A stretch of DNA of 55,223 nucleotides, the filler included, from Sphacelaria rigidula (taxonomy: Eukaryota): assembly GCA_964200075.2 (NCBI GenBank). It is 5 parts of 5 records of this genome, joined end to end, with 100 filler letters (N's around TTAATTAATTAA, not from the genome) between each part and the next. Parts side by side here need not be neighbours in the genome. Positions count along the whole stretch, not along the records: positions 11,066 to 22,030 come from CAXNAA020005616.1; positions 22,131 to 33,095 come from CAXNAA020005617.1; 3 more parts are not named here. One strand, 5' to 3'. Position numbers and translations under genes: made by a program. Shown piece by piece: positions 12,300 to 22,263 of this stretch. The notes under the pieces are model-generated. The model saw nothing but the letters and a program-made list of their open reading frames with translations, was not told where the DNA came from and searched no databases. Numbering within the stretch: position 1 is the first letter of the stretch; each line of letters starts with the position of its first letter.

Positions 12300-13880
12300 G
12301 GCTTGTACATGCACGCCATGTACGACAAGTTCGACGTGAGCGCCGGTATATGTTTTCCACCTTCGGATGAATGCGGGACCTGCGTATTTCAATAAGGGTA
12401 ATTAATCTTCAGTCATGGGGCCTGAACCACAGACACGTTTCTCAAACCTGTAATGCGCGCAAGATGCCTGCACTGCACAATATGCTATTATATGATCCAC
12501 CCTCGAGTGAATTTGGGACCAACACTCGGCAAAGAGTTGAATTCTGACATTTCATCTTCATGGGTCCTATATCACGCGTATTTTTTCCCATGGGTATTGC
12601 GCTGCATATGTGTTATCCACACTCGACTCAGCGCACCAATGGTTTGTACAGCATGACTGCTTGCGTATCATGGCGAGTCAAAATAACACTACACCCGGCA
12701 GGTACAAGGAGGCGCGGCAGTTCGCCACGGCTGTTTAGTACCGTGCACGAGCGGTACCTCTGCGTAGTGGTGGAAAGATGCGTTCTTCCAATCAAGAACC
12801 ATCGACGGCGTGGTCGTATGCTGTTGTGTTGGGACCTCACAAGAAGGAAACACGCAATATTGTACTGAAAGCACCTGTACGAATTGCTCCGCCATGCCGG
12901 TACACGAAGCACTTTTCACTTTTCTGTTCTTCAGACTAACCGACAGCGAAGGGGGTGTGGCCGGTACCATAGTACGGGGGAAAAACATCGAGGATATTGT
13001 AGATTGCACATCGTGAACAAAGTTGCGCAGTGGTGTACGGTGGTCCGCCGCAGTTGGCAATTGCTGTGTAAAAACAGACCTTGACGGAACCCACTCGGGG
13101 TTTCCTTGTCCGGGCCCAAGAAAGCATAGCACAGCAACACGGACACGCTACGCTGGGCTAGGCTAGGCTACGCTACGCTACACTACACTAGACCACAATA
13201 CACACTACAGCACACCACGACACAGTTCCGCACAAACCAGCACGGCAGCGTACTGTGTGCTCCCACAATACAACACTGTACGCTGCACTACACTGCACTC
13301 ACGGGCTCACTACACTTACCACAACAGGACAAGCCCAACGCAGAGCAGCGCAGTATGACACAGAACATCGCTGTGATACCCTACCGTACCGTGAACGGTA
13401 CCGACTGCGCACACGATGCTTTCACAATACTTGGCGATGTGACATGTTGACTCTCAGTCAACTCAGAATCATCATTTCAATGAATAGATCATACTATAGT
13501 CGTACATCGTTTGAAATTAATACAGCTTCTTAGCTTGTGCGTGGCTCAGTATAACCCGAAGGTTCTCGCTTCATACCTTCCATGACTTCCGGGGTAAATA
13601 TTGGGCACATAAGTCAACGCTGCGCTCAGAATTTGGATGCATCGATTGTACATGTCACGCATTTCTTATTATCATGAGTCGGGAACGTCATGTACAACTT
13701 GCTTGGCCAACTTGTTGGGGATGAGCGCCCGCACATTTTGCCCACCTTCGGGCTAATGCGGGACTTACAAGTTGTATGCAGATTGACTCTTCACTCCTGA
13801 TGGGCCCTGAACCACGCGTAAATTTCTCAGTGGGACCTACGGTTTATACAGCATGGCTGCTTGCGCGTCATGGCGAGTCG
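12300..13880. repeat. Diverged direct repeats 12300-12680 and 13645-13880, separated by ~960 bp that includes low-complexity (CTACA)n-like DNA
   Basis: Collinear blocks TTGTACATG..., CCACCTTCGG..AATGCGGGAC, GGG(G/C)CCTGAACCAC and GGTTT(G/A)TACAGCATG.CTGCTTGCG..TCATGGCGAGTC occur in both copies. Confidence 0.65.
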
Positions 13881-15887
13881 ACTCCCATAAATCTTGATTT
13901 TTCCTAACCGTGAAAACAAGACACAAGAAAATACACACTGACTCAACCCAGCAGCGACCTCGTCGCAGTGGGTGGACTGACTCTACCCAGCAGCGACCTC
14001 GTCGCAGTGGGTGCGCAAGCTATCGGGCTAACCCATGACTTTCTGTTCTTGGTTGTTGACCCGTCCCCTTTTTTCGGGGCTGGTCAACACTTCCCACGTT
14101 AGGCGGCCCGATACGCTGCGCTCCTTCAAACATTTTCTCAGACCGTTATCGTTAGCTACGTGTTCGTGCCTCCGAAACGAACTGTCGATTCCCGAGGATA
14201 TCGCGGTTAACATACAGTGACGAGTGGGTAACTCCCACCTCGTCAGCATCTTATGAAAATGTTGAATAGCAGATAAGTATGATCATACTGTCGAGCTCCG
14301 GTTCCCATGGTAGAAAAACCTACTCGCCATGACCGTAGTGAGGGGGGTAGGTTATTGCAGATAGCCCTCCATCTTCTCCTCGTAAGAAGGTCTGCTCCCC
14401 CAAGCTTCTCTCCCTTTTACCCATGTCTCGAATTGCCCCGTGTAACCTTCTTGGTACTACTACCTACGGACGCGGGAGCTAACGTTCGTACTAGCTCTTC
14501 CCATCATGTCAATGACTGTGTTGTTCTCCTGGTGAGAATTGAGGGGGACAGAAAATGGGGGGAAGGAAGGTATGGTGCGAAACGTGGCGGCGCAAGTGGC
14601 GATTGTATCCTTTGCTAATTCATATCTTCATTGGTGACTGACCACAAGTCATCGTCTAGTCGTGTTTTCGGCAGCGGTTTATTTTCGGAGATCCACGTCG
14701 AACATAGGTTCCCCCCGGAAGACCGATGTCGTAATATTTCAAGCCCTGTTCTCCTGTCAGTTGAACTTGTTCCGCGGACCATCTCGGAATTCTGTAGGCG
14801 AAGACAATTGTTAATACCTCGAGTGTGTTCTGCTATTGGACATCATCCAGATGTAATTTCCATGCGACCCATGATTCTATTGAGGGAACCAACACGTCTG
14901 TCTTGAACCCCACATTGGTTCATCCACGATATTGCTGAGGCGTTGTCGCCCCGTATCAATACTGGTTCTCCCTGTTCTGTGGCTTTTCCCGTAAGAAACA
15001 TCTGGTCAACGCACGCCGTCATCATCATACCGCACGATTCTACGAGATTGATGGTGATGAAACAGTTTTCTATGACGTTTTGCTTTTCGGGCTAGTTCCG
15101 ACGTGAAGGCGGGGGAAAGGTATCCTCGGAATATCTTCAACTCTGGGCAATATCGTCCAGTAGCACTGAAGCTGGCGCCCGTAACATAGCGTCGTGAGGC
15201 CGGTCCATCTACCTGGGAAATCAGGGAGGCGCTCACAGCTTCTCCTTGGTCAAGTAATTGATGACCGATTGCTCATTTCCACAGAGAGATATCACCATGG
15301 AATTTCCACCCAAGCTTCAGCTGTTTTCTTCTTGTCCTGTTTTCCACAACTGGCTCGATGTAGACCGGATACTCGAAACAGCTGCCAAACAAAATAATTC
15401 ACCGGCTCGGACAACCTAGGTGAGGTTCCATAATTTTGTTTTTGGCCACACTCAGTATGTCAGCGATGGAAGCATGCGACCTGACCTGGGACCATTCGCG
15501 TTTCATCAACTCGCGTTTTTTTCCTTGTTTTTCTTTTTTTCTTCATCGTTTGGGTGGGTACAGAAATACGCATGCTGTCAGTGTTGATCGTGTACCCCAA
15601 AGCCTTCGCAGGGGTGTCCCAATCGGTACTTTTACTGGGTGCGATGTCGAACGAAATTCATGATGATGCGGACCTTGTTGGTGACAACTGCTCGTAGTGG
15701 ACCTACTCGTAAGTGCCTAATTTCTGGGGCCGTTGATCGCTTACCACCCAAACATCAGTTCCTCCTCGCGTCTTCCGTTGTTTTTAGACGTGTGGGGTGT
15801 GAACGTCGATACCACTGTGGTTACCAGATTCGAGTGCTCGTCTCAACTCCGGTGCAGTATCTATCGTGTCTATCGGTACACCGTGTT

Positions 15888-16245
15888 CGAGTATGTTCGT
15901 ACGTTTCTCTATTTTTGGGAAACGTTCTACTTCTCCAAAATGGTGTTGGACTTCACGGAGGTTCATCGGCGGTGACACCAGAGTGCCGCCGAGCCTTCCC
16001 GCTACGTCTCCAAGGTTTCTGTTGTACAGTTTCAATAATTTTGTGCATGTCGTTGCCATTTCTTCAATGTTCGTACGTTCGTCTGTTTCCGGGAAACGCT
16101 CTAATTCTCCAAAATGGTGTTGGACTTCACGGAGGTTCATCGGCGGTGACACCAGAGTACCGGCGAGCCTTCCCGCTACGTCTCCAAGGTTTCTGGTGTA
16201 CGGTCTCAATAACCCTGTGCATGTCGTTGCCATTTCTTCATGTGT
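15888..16245 (-). repeat. In-frame 180-bp (60-aa) tandem duplication in the N-terminal part of the YR-element RT ORF
   Basis: EEMATTCT..L..Y.RNLGDVAGRL.GTLVSPPMNLREVQHHFGE.ERFP...RTNI occurs twice in ORF 15784..16251. Confidence 0.9.
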
Positions 16246-16374
16246 TCGCAATCTGGTTTCAATACTGTTTTCGTGTATTTATTGTGACCCTGAGCGAGAC
16301 GTTGAAGACGTCGACCCGTCGTTTACTTCTATCCTACTCAGGTTTGTTCCGTCCAGCACTTTTGGCGGGGGTTG

Positions 16375-17515
16375 CCAAGGAAATTATCTCGTTTTTTTTT
16401 TTTCGGGTACTAGTACGCGCTTCGATTGATCCATTCTGAGTCTACACTCGGCGTGCACTATTACTCGAGTTTGTCCCGACTGTTGACGCCGGGTGACAAG
16501 GATATGACCTCGTTTCTTCTTCTCTCTGGGTACTAGTACGCGCTTCGACTGGCCCATTATGCGTCTGCACTCGGCTTGTACTAATACTCGAATCTGTCCC
16601 GACTGTTGACGCGGGGTGACAAGGATATTGTAATGCATGAGAGGACCGCGTGCTTAGAGGACCGCATCTGAATTTGAACATCCCTTTGGTTGGGGTTAAG
16701 GTTAGCGTTAGTGTTGGGGTTAGGGTCAGGGGCGTGGTTCCCGCAGGGACTAGCCCGATTGGTTTCGAAAAAGGTCGATCCTGGGGTGTTATGGACTACG
16801 GCGCGGTCCTCTAGGCACGCGGTCCTCCCATGCATCATCATATGACCTCGTTCCTTCTTCTCTCTGGGTACTAGTACGCGCTTCGATTGACCCATTTTGG
16901 GTCTGCACTCGGCTTGTACTATTACTCGAATCTGTCCCGACTGTTGACGCGGGGTGACAAGGAAATAATCTCGTTTCTTTTTCTCTCTGGGTACTAGTAC
17001 GCGCTTCGATTGACCCATTTTGGGTCTGCACTTGACTTGTACTAATACTCGGAATCTGTCCCGACTGTTGACGCGGGGTGACAAGGAAACGACCTCGTTT
17101 CTTCTTCTCTCCGGGTAGTGGTACGCGCTTCGATTGACCCATTTTGGGTCTGCACTCGGTTTGCACTAATACTCGGAGGGTGAGAAGGAATTGTCCTCGT
17201 TTCTTCTCTCCAAGTACTAGTACGCGCTTCAGTTTTTTTGCTGGGTCTGAACTTGGCTTGTACTAATACTCGGACTCTGCCCCGACCAAAGACGGGAGGT
17301 AACAAGGAATGGTCCTCGTTTCTTTTTCTCTCCGGGCAGTGGTACGCGCTTCGGTTGACCCATTCTGGGTCTGCACTCGGCTTGTACAAATACTCGGAAT
17401 CTGTCCCGACTTTAGACGGGAGGTGACAAGGAATTGTCCTCGTTTCTTTTTCTCTCCGGGTAGTGGTACGCGCTTCGATTGACCAATTCTGGGTCTGCAC
17501 TCGGCTTGTACCAAC
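16375..17515. repeat. ~120-bp tandem repeat, about 8 copies, interrupted by a MITE
   Basis: Recurring unit GGTGACAAGGA...CTCGTTTCTTCTTCTCTCTGGGTACTAGTACGCGCTTCGATTGACCCATTTTGGGTCTGCACTCGGCTTGTACTAATACTCGAATCTGTCCCGACTGTTGACGCGG. Confidence 0.95.
16629..16840. mobile_element. 212-bp MITE with internal telomere-like (GGGTTA-type) degenerate repeats and a TAT target duplication
   Basis: TIR ATGCATGAGAGGACCGCGTGCTTAGAGGACCGC versus GCGGTCCTCTAGGCACGCGGTCCTCCCATGCAT. The neighbouring repeat unit gives the empty site AAGGA-TAT-GACCTCG, and TAT flanks both sides of the insertion. Confidence 0.85.
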
Positions 17516-20500
17516 ACTCGGGGTTGCCTTAACAAGTACGCTTATCGGGAGATGGTGGAGTGTTGTTGATTTTCTTACCCGCTATATGGCACATCGTACA
17601 CACGGCCCCTTTTCTTCTCCTTTTTTCCCGTTTTTAGGCTGCTGTTCTCCTGTTTCTTACGTCGGTTGGGGTTGGGTTATCACTATGTTGTCGGAGTTGG
17701 GCAGGGTCGTACGGGGCAGTTCATTGGATCCTACTAGTTGATGTGTTGCTGCCGATTTTAGAGGCTCGACGCGGTGTTTTTCGTCAATGTTTCAAGCAAT
17801 GTGTCCTACCTACTGGCCTACCTGCCTTCCAGGTCGTATCCATGTTTTGGGGCGGTGAACCTGCGGGCACGATGTGGGGAGGGACGGGTTGTATCGACCT
17901 GTAATTGTACCGCTATGCGCCCTGACATTGCTATGGTGCTCATGCAAGAGTCTATCCTGACCGATTGACGAAGCCTGCTATCCTTACTATGTACGACTGT
18001 CTCTTTTATACTTGCGGCGTCAGTACTTCTAGCCTCACCGTGAAAGAAATGAGGAGTCACCGACCCAGGTAGAGGTGCTCCAGCAATGTACTTCTATTCC
18101 CGTCCTATAGTTAGTACCACGACACTATAGGATAAAACTGTGGGCACTAATCGCATAGCTGGTTTCAGAGATGATCCATCCGTTCAATATACCCTGATGG
18201 TGACGATTTTGATAGTGTCGCGAGACTTGTGTATCGACCGTGACCCTACAACAGTACAGCAGTTCACACTATCCCCGTCGCAGATCAAGCCGTCTTCGCA
18301 GGGTTTTAACTCACCACCTTATCGTATCAGCTACACAACAGGGATGGTGAGCCTGAGCACGAGGCGTCTCTTTCGTTGCGAAAATTCAACACATCCCTCA
18401 CATTATGACATTTTTTTAACTTCGACAGGACGGCACTGCGTGCCGACCACTGTTTTTCGAAACACAATATCAGGACAGCAGCTCAGGCAATTCTATCGGA
18501 GAGGTTTTTTTGTTTTTTGGCACGGTCTGGACACACCATAGTTATGGGGGTTTGTGAAGGCCTTACCAACCAAAACTCCGTTCACTACAAAATATTAAAT
18601 GGACGCAGAGGGATATTGAAGACGTATTGAAGACAGCATGGACTGTTCGGACCTCTGTCGAACCTCTGCCGAGCATAACACATACTCCATCCCAAGTTAT
18701 CTGGGTTTAGTATGCGACAGCTTTTTTTTTCTCCCGTGCAATCCTCGAAACAGGAAGCAAAGCGGCCTGTGGCACTAAACAGACCCCCGTACACACCCTG
18801 GATCTATTCAGTGTGGCCGCGGAGTTGCTCAATTCGCCACGGCGGATCCGAAAGGCCCCAAAACGTTGCAGGTAATGCGTTTTCAGTACATCTCGTGTTT
18901 GCTCTTGTGTCTGGTGCAGCGGTTTGCCAAGTGCTGCGGCCTCCGCCGCACGCGTCACGGAAATCTACTTTAATTTTTTATTTTAGTTTTGGTGTGTGGG
19001 AAGCGCATGCATCAAACCGCAGTTCAATCCTCTGCTTCGTTGCCGATAAAATAGAGTTGAAAGATAGCACAACATACTGCAACCAGACGCACAACAACAC
19101 GAGCAGCAGTTTTTATCCTCCTGTTTGATGTTCTTTCAAAAAGTATTCAGGTCCCCAGGCGTTCCACTCGTTGCCCAATACTTAGCAACGGCCGGCCAAT
19201 ACTGAGGTCGTATTTGGGCGGGGGAGGGGGGGGCATCACTTTCGTGTTGCGTAAAGCTCTTCGGGGCTGTCGCTAGCGGTGGGCATTGCTGTGTGGGTGT
19301 CAATTTTGGGGCGCTGAGTATAGTGTGCACTGTCAAGGTTAGATCGCGGGTGCTTCGTACCAATCTTTCTGAATTCCAGATTTTCACCCCTCTTTGGAGC
19401 GAATAATTTGCGACCACGACGTGGGTACAGCGGGTTTCGTATGGCCAACTGAGTCAACTATTCATGCAAATAGTACTGAGGAGTTGGGGTAATGTGCTAT
19501 CGATTGGGTGTACCTCTACTCCGTATATACAGGCGTGCTGCGTTGGTACTTCCATCCTCACCAAGTAGTGTAGGACGCCCGGGCCAAGTCGAGTTGTTCC
19601 GGTCATGCCCACCGATCTGTTGCGCCGGTCAGTGAACGAAGATGCGACACAACAAGCTCTTCTTCGGCCGTGCTTGGTACAAGAAGCTTTTCGATCGCCC
19701 CCCTCGCTGAGCAGCAGGGCCCGCACCTACAGGCAAGCCTCGGCGCTGGTATCGCATGTTCCTCCTCCCGCCCCCATCGCTCCCACCCTCACTGTTCCTC
19801 GACTGTATTCCTCCTCACCGAGCCCCGATGCTGAATTATTCTATGTTTTGAATTTTCAAAATTGGGTTTGTTGGGTCTTTGATGTAGTCGGTGGATTCAA
19901 CTCCCGTTGCCCTCGCACCTCCCGCGGTGGTTGCTGCTACCCCTACTGCACCGGGGTGGGTGACATCGCGTCATGGAAACCTATCTCTCGTGTCCCGCGG
20001 GCAGCGCAGCTCAGCCTGTTGAGGGAAGTGGCTGTTGAGACGCCGATCCCGACTCTCTATCGGAGGTGCTGTCCTTGTCTGGGTGTTCGCCCAGCTTCTG
20101 CCATTTTGTGTTGTACCCAAATTGATTCGAACACGTTCGAGAACCACCACTTGTGCGGTACTTGACTGTCTTGCACCTGTGCCTGTTTGTTGCTTTGCTC
20201 ACGATTGGCGGGCGTGGAGTGCATTTTGGGCTTGGGGACTGAACATAACTGAGCGAGGGTGGGCGGATGTGCATTTTTTTCTCTCACAGTGACCCCTACC
20301 ATCCTGCTGTGTCGTCATCCGCCATTCCGTGACCTGATCCTATAACTCGTCATCCGCCAACACAAACCTCAGATTTCTTCGAAATCCTACCTTTATGATC
20401 ATCGCACCTGCAGTTATGATCATCCGCACCTGCACGAACCATAACTTTCCAAGAAATATCTGTCAACTACCCAGTGGTAAAGTCACCTGCATCGACGTCG

Positions 20501-21550
20501 GTGCCATGAATTCCCCACTAAGTACATATGTCCCCCGCACCATGAGCGGCCACCAGTTGCGCCCAATGTGCTTCGCCGAACTGTTCCGAAAACATACCGC
20601 ACGCGCACGCACTATACGCTACACATGTCTAGGCGGCGTACTTTCCGTTGCCATGATAAGTGGTGCTTAGGGACTGGGCGGATTGGTCGACACAGATTGC
20701 CACACATTTTTTGTTGTTGAACATATCTGGCAGGGAAAAGTCCAAGGAGACGCACCGAACAGTGCGACGCTTTTCCCCAGACCGAAACAGTGCCGCGAAA
20801 TAGTTATCCCGGCGATCCTAGAACAGTAGCCATTTCATCATTGATATTTTTCAGTCTCTGCGAAGGTCGAATATTTGTGGAACACCAGAAGGAGCAAAAG
20901 GAAGGAGGAACTTACACGCGGATAAGGTGCTGGGCGGAATGCTCTGCACATAGGGATGCGGAGAATGTATTTTGTTTATATAACTGTATCGTGATATGTT
21001 TCGTTTCTTACTGAATGCAAACATATATTCTCACATGCAAGGGGGACCGACACGTGATTCCTCTGCGTTGCAATGAGAGCTGCCGTGCTCCTCGGAGTCT
21101 TGACTCACCTTATAGGGGTTTTGTCCAAGCGTTTGCCGGAGATTGACACACATCTATGCGGGTTAGAGTGCTGGTCATGCTTGTGAAGGGCGCGAACACG
21201 TCCCCAGGTGTCTCGTTTGTCGTCTCCATCGCCCACCCGTAGAATGGAAATACATTGCTTCGCTTCCCTCGACGATGGTACCGGCAACATGTACGCGCAC
21301 CGACGTACCTCCCTGTTCTCACTCGTTGCATTGACATCGTACTCCGGAGCTCACCTCTTTCTCACTCTCAAATTGATAACCCCCCCCCCCTCTCCCCGTC
21401 CCGCTCACGTCTTGCCCGTGCATTTTCGACGGCACCAGCTGTACATACTTCCTGGATATCACGAACAAATTGTTTTTGCGAACAGCTTCGATATTTATCA
21501 GTTGTGCGCGCTGCACAAGTCATAGCGAGCCGGCTTGCGGCTAGCGGTTT

Positions 21551-21763
21551 ATGGCGTCGCTCCGGACTCTCAGACGATCCAGACGAAACTTGACAGCCGG
21601 CACTGCAACAGCAGCAGCAGGGGGGGAAGGAGATCATGGCGGTACATTAAAAGGGACAGGATCATCATTTTTCGTGTTCAGCGCCTACTTGGTGCTGGCG
21701 CTGCTGACGAGAGTTTTCCCGGCTTCTGCTGATCAGACTCGGTCAAGGCCGCCTCTACCACAG
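21551..21763 (+). CDS. Possible first exon of an unidentified gene (hydrophobic leader-like segment)
   Basis: ATG at 21551, peptide ...SSFFVFSAYLVLALLTRVFPASADQTRSRPPLPQ, then the donor CAG|GTGATA. No downstream exon could be linked. Confidence 0.3.
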
Positions 21764-22263
21764 GTGATAATGCTAGTGTGTATCGACCATGGCGTTTACC
21801 CTCCACGCACATTGAGGACTTCACTCTATGTGAACGCCTGTACGTGTGGTGAATTGTGTAGTGTTTGCCTATGTTATTTCATCTGCGGGATGCACGGTTC
21901 TTGGGAAACTTCCTTGTGCGCTTTCGTGAGAATTTCTGAGAGAGCATACAACGGAACTATAGCCTCTGCCAGACGATCTGGACAAGAGGGCTATTCAGTG
22001 AGGGACTTCTCCAGAATCCACTGGCCTCACNNNNNNNNNNNNNNNNNNNNNNNNNNNNNNNNNNNNNNNNNNNNTTAATTAATTAANNNNNNNNNNNNNN
22101 NNNNNNNNNNNNNNNNNNNNNNNNNNNNNNATTGGGATACTATAGCTCCAGCAAGAGTAGATGGTGGTCGTCTTCAGCAATTCTTCGATCGTCGTCCGAT
22201 GTAGGTCACACTGTTGTGATGTCGTAGAAGAGGGTCCTGGTGGAGAAGGGAGGGCACACAATG

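Larger units (their letters stand above)
14020..17520 (-). mobile_element. Decayed DIRS/Ngaro-type tyrosine-recombinase retrotransposon (RT - RNase H - YR fragments)
   Basis: Minus-strand motifs in order: RT N-terminus ILEHGVP...GNHSG and PLRAVVTNKVRII (~15660-15900); RT C-terminus SKSTDW...LGYTINT..MRISVP (~15560-15640); RNase H TINLVESCGMMMTA and VLIRGDNASAISWMN (~14920-15060); YR N-terminal domain SYLSAIQHFHKM..WELPT...GRLTWEVL (~14085-14285). Many stops and frameshifts. Confidence 0.8.

Noticed and set aside
18500..20700. Coding region or gag of the YR element
   Set aside because: Only short ORFs without recognisable motifs, so it cannot be assigned.
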